A DNA stretch of 50,385 bases from a virus (IMGVR_UViG_3300005253_000363:1-50385), one strand, 5' to 3'; shown: positions 8,503 to 17,633, counted from the stretch's first letter. The notes: generated from the sequence alone by a model not told the origin. Made by a program: numbers and translations.

Positions 8503-8723
8503 TTCGTAAATGGGAGGAAGCAGAGCGCGACGGAACTTTAAGAAGTAACGCTTGGTTGTTTCCTGATTATAAACTAGACCCATGCCCTAAGTGTGGCGGA
8601 GAACCAAGAAATCTTGATGCTGGATGGGCCACAGCTATTCAATGTAGTGAATGTGATTTTGTTGGCCCAATACATGATCCCTACACTTGTTGTCATTGGG
8701 CTTGGAATAATTTGGAGAACTAA
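8499..8723 (+). CDS. Lar-family (restriction alleviation-like) Zn-binding protein
   Basis: LDPCPKCGG...IQCSEC...GP...WAWN. Confidence 0.6.
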   Translation: MIRKWEEAERDGTLRSNAWLFPDYKLDPCPKCGGEPRNLDAGWATAIQCSECDFVGPIHDPYTCCHWAWNNLEN

Positions 8724-8724
8724 A

Positions 8725-8925
8725 ATGATTGAATGTTATAAATGTGATGTATTTACTAATGAAGTCGGAGAAGCAGAGTGCTGTAAATTTATATTTTGCC
8801 CAGACTGCCTTGCAGATCATGAGCCATTGGAATGTATCAAAGAATATGTTGAGGATGGCAAGAAAGCTGTTCCACGTTCAATGGTGCATTGGCTTATTAA
8901 GCAATTAGAAGAGGCAGAAGTATGA
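8725..8925 (+). CDS. Cys-rich hypothetical protein
   Basis: CYKC...CC...FCPDC...H. Confidence 0.6.
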   Translation: MIECYKCDVFTNEVGEAECCKFIFCPDCLADHEPLECIKEYVEDGKKAVPRSMVHWLIKQLEEAEV

Positions 8926-9001
8926 CAATCCAGGAAGCGACGCGGGAATTGAACGACAACCTAACCCTTGTTGTTTGCGAGGCTTTTATGGAGACGAAGT
9001 T

Positions 9002-9178
9002 ATGATACTTGAATCTACAATAGCATTTCTGATAGGGTTGCCTTTTATTTTTGCTGGTTGGATGACTCCAGCTAATAAAGAGAACGTATGGATACCTTTA
9101 TTCATTATTGGTTTAGTTTTCTGTTTTATTTCAATAAGCATCAGCATGATTAGTGTTGCTTTAATGGTAGACAAATGA
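9002..9178 (+). CDS. Small 2-TM membrane protein
   Basis: Two hydrophobic segments. Confidence 0.55.
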   Translation: MILESTIAFLIGLPFIFAGWMTPANKENVWIPLFIIGLVFCFISISISMISVALMVDK

Positions 9179-9561
9179 CTGACAACGAAGTCACTGAGGC
9201 TTACTTTCGGGCGATGGGGTGGAAACGCTTCAAAGATCGCAGAGATGATGGTTCAGGGCATGGTCGTAATGAAAACGTAACTGGCTGGGTAGACTCAGAT
9301 GGGGAGGAATGGTATGACTTACCAAACATCCTCGAATCCAACTCCGCCTATATCCGTGAGGTTGCTGATGTGATGGAAGGAGAGGGATGTAGACTATTCA
9401 TTTGGCAACCAGCAACTGATCCTTACTCAGTTGTATGGTCTATACCTGATCTAAGAGAAGGGTGCAATAAAGTAGTGGGACGGGAACCAGTCATCAAAAA
9501 CAACACTTCCCGCGCCGCTGTTATTGCCGCGACTCGGTACTTTGAGGAGAAATCAAAATGA
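9175..9561 (+). CDS. Phage ABA-sandwich-like protein (paralog 3)
   Basis: MTDNEV...AMGW...LPN...SRAAVIAA. Confidence 0.6.
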   Translation: MTDNEVTEAYFRAMGWKRFKDRRDDGSGHGRNENVTGWVDSDGEEWYDLPNILESNSAYIREVADVMEGEGCRLFIWQPATDPYSVVWSIPDLREGCNKVVGREPVIKNNTSRAAVIAATRYFEEKSK

Positions 9562-9683
9562 AATGGGAATACATGCTTACCAGTAATTGGGGCCTCGATG
9601 AAATGAATAAACTAGGTCAAGAGAGATGGGAGTTCATAGCAACAATTAATAACTCCTTAGTTTGGAAGCGAGAGATAAAATGA
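9558..9683 (+). CDS. DUF4177-like micro-protein
   Basis: MKWEY...MNKLGQERWEFI...WKR signature. Confidence 0.6.
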   Translation: MKWEYMLTSNWGLDEMNKLGQERWEFIATINNSLVWKREIK

Positions 9684-10042
9684 CCCTAGAGCAAATAACA
9701 GCCGTGGCAGAGGAAGTTTGGGGATGGGATAAGCATAGCTCTCCGGGATTGTGGTTTGATCTTAATAGGGTTGAAAGCAAATTAAGAACCTTAGATGATT
9801 TGAAGCTGGAGTTAGAATCCTGGTCCGGCTTCGGCAGGACGGTGGAGGCTATGGCTGATAGGGAGTTTGTATTGTTGATTGACAACACCCCAGGCTTCGT
9901 TAAATTAAAGCCAAATTTAATCAGCTACAGCTACGAAGGTGGTCCTGTCCCAAAGCTTACAGCTAAAGAAATAATCGAAGCAACCCACCTCGCCGCCCTC
10001 GAAGCGAAGCGGAAGGAGAAGGAAGATGCGGAAGGTTCATAA
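9680..10042 (+). CDS. Phage ABA-sandwich-like protein (paralog 4)
   Basis: AVAEEVWGW...EATHLAALEA. Confidence 0.55.
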   Translation: MTLEQITAVAEEVWGWDKHSSPGLWFDLNRVESKLRTLDDLKLELESWSGFGRTVEAMADREFVLLIDNTPGFVKLKPNLISYSYEGGPVPKLTAKEIIEATHLAALEAKRKEKEDAEGS

Positions 10043-10169
10043 GAGTATTAACGCTATCTGTCGAGTTCTTTGTGGGCCTACTAATTGGTTCGCTTCTGGA
10101 GTTAATGTTACTCGCTACAATAAAAAAGTAACCTGCCTCCGGTGCTTGAAGATTATGGAGAAGAAATGA
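10026..10169 (+). CDS. Small Zn-binding protein (paralog of 1684-1866)
   Basis: MRKVHK...LCG...VTCLRCLKIMEKK*. Confidence 0.6.
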   Translation: MRKVHKSINAICRVLCGPTNWFASGVNVTRYNKKVTCLRCLKIMEKK

Positions 10170-10242
10170 TGTGGGAAATTATTGACTTTTGGGTAGGCTT
10201 AATCTTAGGAGCGGTATTTATCACAGTGAATAGGGGACGAAG

Positions 10243-12144
10243 ATGATCCAATCCAATAAACAAGTCCCCGACTGGGGAGATGCTTCATCCCGTCTTATTC
10301 TTATCGGGGAAGCTCCAGGCCGTGAAGAGGAACAACGTGGTCAGCCCTTTGTAGGAGCTTCAGGGCTCAAGCTCAATGAGTGGTGGGCCAGAGCAGGACT
10401 TCATCGTGGGATGTTTTACATTACAAATGTCCTTCCATCCCGTCCGTGGAATAATGACATCTCCAAGGTTCCTCAAGAGGAGTTGGATTATTGGGCAGAG
10501 CATCTGAGGAAGAAGATTAGTGGACTCCCGGAGCCGTTTATTCTGATTCCAACCGGGAAGACTGCACTCAGAGCACTCTTAGGAAAGGATAATATCTCAG
10601 ACCTCAGAGGATCTATTCTCTCTTATGAAGACGAGGGTAGGACAATCAAAGTGATTCCTACAATTCATCCAGCGGCGACTCTCAGAGCAAAGAAGTTCGA
10701 GGCCAGATGTATCTATGACTGGATGAGGATTGCTTATGAGGGAGGGTTTCGGGAGGTCAGACTGCCGAAAAGGGACCATATTATAGCTCCTCCAATGGAT
10801 CAGTGTGAGAACTACGCATATAGGGTCTTAGAGCTCCAAAAACCTCTGGCTGTAGATATTGAGACCCACCCTCAAGAAGGAATTACCTGTGTAGGGTTTG
10901 CAACTGGACCTCAGCAGTCGTTCACCATTCCCTTCGGAGTCAAACGCTCTATCCACCTTACCGGCAACAAACCGAAAGAAGTAAAGGAACGAGAGACGAA
11001 GAAAGCCAATGACCGCATCTCCAAGGCAGTCTTTCACAAGGAGCATCCCCTCGAAAGTTACCATACAAAGAAGAGAGAGCTCAATTCAATAGAGAAATGG
11101 AAGATCCAGAAGAGACCTCTCGTAGTAATCTGCCGGATTGTAGAGGAGTATGAGAAGGAGCATAAGCTGCCCTCTCCAGATTGGGAATCAGATGGCGGGT
11201 ATTTTATTACAGTAGGCTACTGGGAAACGGAGGAACAGAATGAGAAAGCTAAAGATATTATCAGATCGCTTATTGAAGGAGAGAATCCACTCATCTTCCA
11301 CAATGGATTCTATGATACCTACTGGCTCAAGGACTGGCTCGGTTGTGATATACAGAACTGGCACTGGGACACCCTTGCTATGCACCATTGTCTTGTCCCC
11401 AATGAGGAACACTCACTTGACTTCCTCGCATCAGTCTACACCTCAGAACCATTCTGGAAGAAAGAAACCAAAGAAGCAGAGGCCAGTGGAAAGTATTACA
11501 AGAAGCAGGAAGTCCTCTGGAAATACAACGGGAAAGATGTAGCGGTTACTTTTGAGCTTTACGAGAAATTCCTGAAGATGCTCCAGGATTCTGGGCGGAT
11601 GGATTTCTACTGGAAGCATTATTATAACTTGTATGAGCCTCTGCTGGAGCTATCTTTGACTGGAATCAAGACTGACATTGAAAAGAGGAGTCAGCGGCGG
11701 GTGCAGTTTCAGGAGGAGCTTCAAGTTCTCCTCAAAGAAATCGAAGAACTGGCAGAGAAGCCTCTGCATGGAGCGAAGGCCCTTTCCAGTAAAAAGGTTC
11801 AAGAGTATCTCTATGAAGACCTGAAACTCCCCAAGCAGAAACGATACCGACCAGAAAAGAAAGAGAAAACTTCTACGGCTGATGAACTGGCAATTAGGAC
11901 TCTGATGCTCAGGTTTCCTGAGAAGTTGAATGTTGTAGGAGAGAAGATTCTTAGATGCCAGAGACTGAATAAATTACTTGGGTATCTGAAAGAAGCAAAG
12001 ATCGACCCTGATGGAAGATTGAGAAGTCAGTATAAATTCAATACGACTACGGGAAGATTGGCGAGTGGAAGTAATCCTTACGGAACTGGCGATAATGCCC
12101 AGAACGTTGACCGGGAGCTTCGAAACATTTATGTTGCTGGCTGA
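10243..12144 (+). CDS. polA: DNA polymerase A, N-terminal part: family-4 uracil-DNA glycosylase, 3'-5' exonuclease, thumb and first palm segment
   Basis: UDG motifs GEAPG, PFVGASG, YITNV, HPAA; Exo motifs DIET, HNGFYD, YNGKD; PolA TTGRLAS...NAQNV...RNIY; stops just before motif A. Confidence 0.92.
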   Translation: MIQSNKQVPDWGDASSRLILIGEAPGREEEQRGQPFVGASGLKLNEWWARAGLHRGMFYITNVLPSRPWNNDISKVPQEELDYWAEHLRKKISGLPEPFILIPTGKTALRALLGKDNISDLRGSILSYEDEGRTIKVIPTIHPAATLRAKKFEARCIYDWMRIAYEGGFREVRLPKRDHIIAPPMDQCENYAYRVLELQKPLAVDIETHPQEGITCVGFATGPQQSFTIPFGVKRSIHLTGNKPKEVKERETKKANDRISKAVFHKEHPLESYHTKKRELNSIEKWKIQKRPLVVICRIVEEYEKEHKLPSPDWESDGGYFITVGYWETEEQNEKAKDIIRSLIEGENPLIFHNGFYDTYWLKDWLGCDIQNWHWDTLAMHHCLVPNEEHSLDFLASVYTSEPFWKKETKEAEASGKYYKKQEVLWKYNGKDVAVTFELYEKFLKMLQDSGRMDFYWKHYYNLYEPLLELSLTGIKTDIEKRSQRRVQFQEELQVLLKEIEELAEKPLHGAKALSSKKVQEYLYEDLKLPKQKRYRPEKKEKTSTADELAIRTLMLRFPEKLNVVGEKILRCQRLNKLLGYLKEAKIDPDGRLRSQYKFNTTTGRLASGSNPYGTGDNAQNVDRELRNIYVAG

Positions 12145-12616
12145 TAAACAAATCAAAGAATTAATCCTGAATCATAACTTGTTGACTCCCTACGAACTGG
12201 AGAAGAAAGTCTTTGAGGGAGTCTCCTATGGACTGTCGAGTTGTAGTTATGATTTGAGGCTTAGTGAGCTGGAACTTCTTTGGGGATCACCTCTAAGTCT
12301 CAAGATCGAGCCGGGTGGGTTTCGTCTAGGTTGTACCCTCGAAACAATTAAAATGCCGCATAATATAGTAGGGCTCATCAAGGACAAATCTACATGGGCC
12401 AGAAGGGGATTGTCTGTATTCAATACTTTAATTGATCCAGGCTTCGAGGGACAGATTACTCTTGAGTTGAAGAATCAAGGAACAGAGCTTCTTAAGATGC
12501 CCTATGGTATTGGTATCGCCCAAATCATATTCTTCGAGTGCGGGGAAGTGGAGAATCCTTACAGCGGAAAATATCAGGGCCAGACTGGAATTACTGGGCC
12601 GAAGGAGGAGAAATGA
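12131..12616 (+). CDS. dcd: dCTP deaminase (trimeric dUTPase fold)
   Basis: SYGLSSCSYDLRL, KSTWARRGL, IDPGFEGQITLE, IAQIIF and YSGKYQGQ motifs. Confidence 0.9.
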   Translation: MLLADKQIKELILNHNLLTPYELEKKVFEGVSYGLSSCSYDLRLSELELLWGSPLSLKIEPGGFRLGCTLETIKMPHNIVGLIKDKSTWARRGLSVFNTLIDPGFEGQITLELKNQGTELLKMPYGIGIAQIIFFECGEVENPYSGKYQGQTGITGPKEEK

Positions 12617-12619
12617 AAA

Positions 12620-12865
12620 ATGAGTAGAAAAACTGTTTTTATTTATGTTATTGAGGTTAAACTCCCGTGGAAAAGAACTTATCAAGTGCCTGCTGGTCCT
12701 CAAGGTATATTTTGTACCGACTACAAAACTGCATTAAAAGAACTTGAAGAATACCGAATAGACCTTGATCCTGAAAAGGATTGTCCTAAGTCTGAATATA
12801 GGATTGTTATTTATGCGGCTGTAAGAGACCTTTACGGGATACTTGCAAAAGAGGCTGTGAAATGA
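12620..12865 (+). CDS. Hypothetical protein
   Basis: Strong RBS; coupled to neighbours. Confidence 0.6.
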   Translation: MSRKTVFIYVIEVKLPWKRTYQVPAGPQGIFCTDYKTALKELEEYRIDLDPEKDCPKSEYRIVIYAAVRDLYGILAKEAVK

Positions 12866-13044
12866 AACCCTTCGACATCGGACTTACAATTTTATTCAGC
12901 TTTGGACTAGGTATTGCAATAGGTCACATACAGGAAGCTCAGTGGGCTCAAATTGATATCAATGCTCTCAAAGCTCAGGTGGAGAAGTTGCATTGTGTTG
13001 GAGAAATCACTTATCCTGAAATGTTGGAGGAGGGGAGGAAATGA
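12862..13044 (+). CDS. Small membrane-anchored protein
   Basis: N-terminal hydrophobic helix. Confidence 0.55.
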   Translation: MKPFDIGLTILFSFGLGIAIGHIQEAQWAQIDINALKAQVEKLHCVGEITYPEMLEEGRK

Positions 13045-13211
13045 GGAATACAAATTCGCCAGTCTGGGTTGTTGAAACTGTTTATCGTAATATGCTCCAT
13101 ACGAGAGAGGACGCAAGGAAATTTCAACGTTATAGAATTAAGAATCCAGAAGCCTTTCCAAAGAAAGAGAATCAACACAGAGTTATTATAAGAAAGGCAA
13201 AAATGAAATGA
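13041..13211 (+). CDS. 56-aa basic hypothetical protein
   Basis: MRNTNSPVWVVE...KAKMK*; ATGA overlap with 13208. Confidence 0.55.
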   Translation: MRNTNSPVWVVETVYRNMLHTREDARKFQRYRIKNPEAFPKKENQHRVIIRKAKMK

Positions 13212-13987
13212 CTCCCTTCCTCATGGAACTCGACCTCTCCCAGGTAGAATCACGCATCTGTTATATGCTCACTCGTGATCCTGTCCTAGTCAAGCAGGCT
13301 CAAAGCCAGCCTTGGGAGTTTAACGGGCATACAGAAACTGCTCGGATGATTTATGGAGTAGAAGACCCTACTCCCCTCCAGTACTATCTAGGCAAGAAAA
13401 CATCTCATGGAGTCATGAGAGGAATGCAGGGAAAGAAACTGGCAGACGAATTATTAAAAGAAGGCACCGTAATGGCAGTCACTGAATGTGATTGGCTGAT
13501 TCAACGATTCTTCGAGACGAAACCAGCAATCCGGGATGTGTACTTTGTTGAAGTCCGTCAGCAGGTTTGGGATCACCGGAAACTTACGAATTCTTTTGGC
13601 CGTGTTATCGAGTGGCCTTTTGATAGATTCGGGGACGATCTCTATCGAGAAGCTTACTCGTGGCCTCTTCAATCGGATGCTGCTGACCTTATCAATCAAC
13701 AGGGATTGATTCCAATGCATCATTGGTTGAAGCAGGGTAAAATGTATACCAAGATCCTGGCTCAGGTTCATGATTCACTGCTGTTCAATACCTGTATCGA
13801 GGAAGCCTATGATGTAGCACTGGCCTTTAAAGGATGGATTGCAGAGCCTATTGAGTATCCGGCTGGGCCACTTTCGGTGCCGGTGACTTTTAAGATTGGC
13901 AAGACTTGGGCTGGGGATCATGAGTGGAAGAGACTACCGAGTAGGGAAGAATTTAACGAGAAAATAAAAGAGATTATAGGAGGTTAG
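13208..13987 (+). CDS. polA: DNA polymerase A, C-terminal catalytic part (motifs A, B, C)
   Basis: DLSQVESR (A), KKTSHGVMRG (divergent B), NSFGR, QSDAAD, QVHDS (C). Confidence 0.92.
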   Translation: MTPFLMELDLSQVESRICYMLTRDPVLVKQAQSQPWEFNGHTETARMIYGVEDPTPLQYYLGKKTSHGVMRGMQGKKLADELLKEGTVMAVTECDWLIQRFFETKPAIRDVYFVEVRQQVWDHRKLTNSFGRVIEWPFDRFGDDLYREAYSWPLQSDAADLINQQGLIPMHHWLKQGKMYTKILAQVHDSLLFNTCIEEAYDVALAFKGWIAEPIEYPAGPLSVPVTFKIGKTWAGDHEWKRLPSREEFNEKIKEIIGG

Positions 13988-13988
13988 G

Positions 13989-14237
13989 ATGTGTTATTTA
14001 GAGCAAGTTGTAAAGAGTCTTGAAGAAGATTTTTCTAGTTGGGATGGTTCAACCAACAAACGGTATTTGTTGCATAAGGAATCAAGTATTCGTTTATATA
14101 TTGATGGAGGAGAGGAGAATATTTTTATAACAGAGCCTCTAACTGTAAACCCTTCGAATATAGAGAAGAAAGCTCTTTGGGGGGCTGTCCAAAAATGCTG
14201 CGAGAATATCCTTCTAGCACACTGTAAAAAGTTATGA
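13989..14237 (+). CDS. Hypothetical protein
   Basis: GGAGG RBS; AT-rich ORF. Confidence 0.6.
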   Translation: MCYLEQVVKSLEEDFSSWDGSTNKRYLLHKESSIRLYIDGGEENIFITEPLTVNPSNIEKKALWGAVQKCCENILLAHCKKL

Positions 14238-14443
14238 TTAAAAAACCAACCCTAGACTCAATCGACAAACGACTTCTCCACATGCGGAGACTGTTCAATA
14301 TCATGAAGGCTCACAAGAGGCATCCCTTGATGGATGATGCTTTCAAGTCCCTCAAGCGTGAAGCTCGTAGCCTTGATTCCATGATGCGCGAAGCTGTTAA
14401 ATCCGGTGATGTGGAGTTCAGGCCCCGTGAAAAAAAGGTATGA
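14234..14443 (+). CDS. Hypothetical protein
   Basis: Coupled ORF. Confidence 0.55.
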   Translation: MIKKPTLDSIDKRLLHMRRLFNIMKAHKRHPLMDDAFKSLKREARSLDSMMREAVKSGDVEFRPREKKV

Positions 14444-15653
14444 GTATGAGACAAATACCAACTTTATAGCTCTTTACAAGTACCATTGTGGAACTTCTCA
14501 GGTTCCTGATTCGTTTCATAAATGGAGTTCGATCAGCCTTCTGGCTGCTTGTATGGGGAATAATATATGGTTGGAGAAATTCAAGGGGGATAGGCTTTAC
14601 CCGAATCTCTATGTCCTCCTGATCGGTCCTTCGGCTGTTGGTAAGGGTATAGCTATCGGCAAGGCCCACAAGTTTGCGGATTATGAACCTGGAATCATAA
14701 ATCCCCATAGAATATCTACCACTAAGAGGGGAAATATCCAGCTCATGTCCCGTCCTGCAAGATTTAAGGCGCAAGAGTATCACGGTTCCAGGATATATAC
14801 CATCTCACCAGAGCTGGTTAATGACATTGGTTCCGGTCCCTTGGCTGATGAATGGGTTCGCTGGATGACTGCCATGTTCACTGAAACAGATACCAAGTGT
14901 ACTGATTCTACGGGAGTACATGGTATTCAGCTGCTTGACGAACCTATGATTAATTGGCTTGGTGGGAGTACCGAGGAGTGGATGCGAAAGAGTATTACGG
15001 AGGATGCAATCACTGGCGGGTTCTTTGCTCGAACTGTAGTAGTTTCAGAGGAGGCTAATTACAGTCGCCGCATTCATAAGCCTACAGTTCCTTGGGACTA
15101 TGACGCTGTTAAAGAGCATCTTATAAGGAGAATACAAGGTTTCTGCCGCGTTGAGGGTCAGATGGTACTCTCACCGGAAGCAGAACAGATTGATGCTATT
15201 TGGTTTCATAATCGTCCACCACCTGATGAAGAGTGGGAGAGTGCGATGTGGAACCGGGAGCATGATATTATCCTGAAGGTTGCAATGGTGGTTGCCATGA
15301 GCGATCTTTCATGTTGGGGACATGATAGATATAACTTGGTAATTAATGGCCTTCATATTCAGGCCGCTCAACAATGGGTGACTAAAGTGCATAGTGATGT
15401 CAAGCCTCTTATAAAGATTCACGCAACTACGAGAGAGTCTATGTTTTTTGATATAGTCGTTAAATTTATTAAGGGATCAAGGGACGGTATTAATCATACA
15501 ACTCTCCTGAGAAAAGTTTATGGGCGGGGAGTTACGACAAAGTATCTGGCAAATATAATAGCGACTCTTATGGAAGCCGGGCATGTGGATATAGATTTCC
15601 GGGGAGATAGGAGAGCTAAATATTATGTGTGGAAGAGGAAGAGGTTAGGGTAA
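14406..15653 (+). CDS. DUF3987/YfjI-like P-loop NTPase, putative replicative helicase with C-terminal wHTH
   Basis: FHKWSSISLLAA, YPNLYVLLIGPSAVGKG (Walker A), GGFFAR; true start may be GTG near 14427. Confidence 0.75.
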   Translation: MMWSSGPVKKRYEYETNTNFIALYKYHCGTSQVPDSFHKWSSISLLAACMGNNIWLEKFKGDRLYPNLYVLLIGPSAVGKGIAIGKAHKFADYEPGIINPHRISTTKRGNIQLMSRPARFKAQEYHGSRIYTISPELVNDIGSGPLADEWVRWMTAMFTETDTKCTDSTGVHGIQLLDEPMINWLGGSTEEWMRKSITEDAITGGFFARTVVVSEEANYSRRIHKPTVPWDYDAVKEHLIRRIQGFCRVEGQMVLSPEAEQIDAIWFHNRPPPDEEWESAMWNREHDIILKVAMVVAMSDLSCWGHDRYNLVINGLHIQAAQQWVTKVHSDVKPLIKIHATTRESMFFDIVVKFIKGSRDGINHTTLLRKVYGRGVTTKYLANIIATLMEAGHVDIDFRGDRRAKYYVWKRKRLG

Positions 15654-15698
15654 TGGGCAAGATTATATTTGAGGCTATTCTACAGATTTCAATAGTGA

Positions 15699-17633
15699 TT
15701 ACTCTCCTGTTATGGTTCTTCTGAAGTCTTCTACGCTATTGAAAGTCCCGTCCGGTTTCTGTAGATTCGGGAAGAACTGCTGGATTGGAAGCCCTGAATC
15801 TTTGAATTGCTTGATGAACCGGCTTCGAGTTTTAGGATCAGCTGCGATTGTTCTTGAAGCAGAGCCAATAAGAACGTCTGTAATGTTCTGCATGGCTTGA
15901 GCTGCGAGTGGGTGATCGTTAGTAAGCCTAAGTCCGACAGTCAACCAGCGAACTCCCGTTTGACTTGTTAGAAGTTTTGCGATCATAGGAGGAGACAAAA
16001 CAATAAGTCCCTGAGCCAGTCTATTATCCCCAACCCCTCTTTCTCCCAGGGCTAGGTTAACCATCAGACCACCCTGCCCAATATTAATTAGGTTGAATCC
16101 AGGTCTTACACGAGCCGATTGAGCTAACTCGCCCGGTCTAAATCTTTCGGCGATTGTAGCAATATCCTGCAAGACTTGAATCTGACCGTCAGTAAAAACT
16201 TGTTGAAGGCTTTCCATTTGTTGCTTGTCCATGATTTGATTAAAGTTTTCAATGTTACCTTTACTCATTAGATCGTCAGCGAAAGCTCTTTGGAACATCG
16301 GCCAGTCACGTTCTCCAATTATACTTCGTAGGGCTTTAATGTTTGTTACATCACCAGTCTGGAATATCCCCCTAAATAAATCTTCTGGGTCTTTGCCTAC
16401 AATCTTTTTTCCAAGCCCTGATTTCTGCAACTCAAGCATCTCAATGAAACGATCCTTAGCTTCTCGTAATACTGTAAGAGCTTCCTGCTTATCTCCCTTT
16501 CCCTTAAACTGAGCCGACTCAATACTTTCAGCAATTCCTTTAAAGAGTTGTTTGACTTCCCCTTCCGGAAGATTCTTGAGTTTGGCAGTCTTAGCTCCAA
16601 GGCGTTTCTGAATCTCTCTTGCCTGTTTAAAGGTTATAAACTCTGGAAGCTCTTTCATCTCGTTTGCCAGCCTCTGTATTGATCTGAATTGAAGTCCTTT
16701 TGTTACTAAGGCTTCCTGCCCCAGTATCGTGTTTGCAGCAACCTTCAATTCCGCTGTTGGAATGATTTTAGTTTCTCCTGCTAATGATTCTGCCTTAGCG
16801 AAAAGTCTTCCAGCTTCATCATCCAGAATCTTAATCGTGTCATCAAAGGAACTCTCCGCAAATTCTCCGAGTGCAGACATTACTTTCTTGGGACCAGTCT
16901 TCTCCAAGAATCTATTCTGGAAAGCTTTAAATAGATTTATCCGTTTGTTATTGAAACGCTTTAGGATACCACCAGAGATGAGTCCTTGTCCTGCAAAGCT
17001 TTCCAGTCTGCCCACGAATGTTCTTCGGGTAATATCGAATGGAGTTGGTTGAATACCAAGTCTTTCAAAAGCCTGTATTGCTGCAATATCTTCTGGGAGC
17101 AAGGAATCAGCAAAAGGAGCAAGTCCAGTATTCTTTAAGGTTCTTACTCCTCTAACAATACCTTGTCCTCCAGCCTCAGCAATCAGCCCAAAGACTCCTT
17201 CTTGTCCGATTCTTTGCATAGCTTCTTTGGTCGTTTGTGGTGCATTTGGATCGGATGTTATTTGCTCAATAATTTGTTGAATTGCTTCTCCACCAGCAGA
17301 ACCTAATGAAGCAAGACCAGCCATCGCAGGAGGACCACCAGGAATCCCTGCAATACTACCAGCTGTTCCGCCAATGACTGCTCCTGTAGGGAATCTTTCT
17401 TCTTCTGGTGCCACAAGAGGTTCTTGTGTGGGAACTACCGCTTTGTCAGGATCAAGATTGATTTCGAGTTCGGGTCCTTCTTCAAGTTCTATGTTGAATC
17501 CGAGCTTCTTCTGCTGAAGCTCAAACAATCTACTCTTTTTACGGAGTTCTTGCAAGCGGAGAAACTTCTGTTCCGTTGTCAGCTGTTGACTGGGGATTAC
17601 ATTATCTACCAAGTTCTTTCTCCAAGGCTTCAA
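15699..17633 (-). CDS. Large internal virion / DNA ejection protein
   Basis: Last gene of the structural arm; Gly/Ala-rich segment followed by a helical region. Confidence 0.6.
   Translation of the reverse strand: MKPWRKNLVDNVIPSQQLTTEQKFLRLQELRKKSRLFELQQKKLGFNIELEEGPELEINLDPDKAVVPTQEPLVAPEEERFPTGAVIGGTAGSIAGIPGGPPAMAGLASLGSAGGEAIQQIIEQITSDPNAPQTTKEAMQRIGQEGVFGLIAEAGGQGIVRGVRTLKNTGLAPFADSLLPEDIAAIQAFERLGIQPTPFDITRRTFVGRLESFAGQGLISGGILKRFNNKRINLFKAFQNRFLEKTGPKKVMSALGEFAESSFDDTIKILDDEAGRLFAKAESLAGETKIIPTAELKVAANTILGQEALVTKGLQFRSIQRLANEMKELPEFITFKQAREIQKRLGAKTAKLKNLPEGEVKQLFKGIAESIESAQFKGKGDKQEALTVLREAKDRFIEMLELQKSGLGKKIVGKDPEDLFRGIFQTGDVTNIKALRSIIGERDWPMFQRAFADDLMSKGNIENFNQIMDKQQMESLQQVFTDGQIQVLQDIATIAERFRPGELAQSARVRPGFNLINIGQGGLMVNLALGERGVGDNRLAQGLIVLSPPMIAKLLTSQTGVRWLTVGLRLTNDHPLAAQAMQNITDVLIGSASRTIAADPKTRSRFIKQFKDSGLPIQQFFPNLQKPDGTFNSVEDFRRTITGE

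Noticed and set aside
12862-12873. Stub of PolA-C start (MKPF versus MTPF)
   Set aside because: Only four codons; could be chance
12145-13207. Group I/II intron or split intein explaining the PolA split
   Set aside because: The gap is fully occupied by coupled ORFs; there are no intein terminal residues and no homing endonuclease or RT motifs
15654-15698. Bidirectional terminator at the convergence of the two arms
   Set aside because: No convincing GC-rich hairpin with a U-tract is visible
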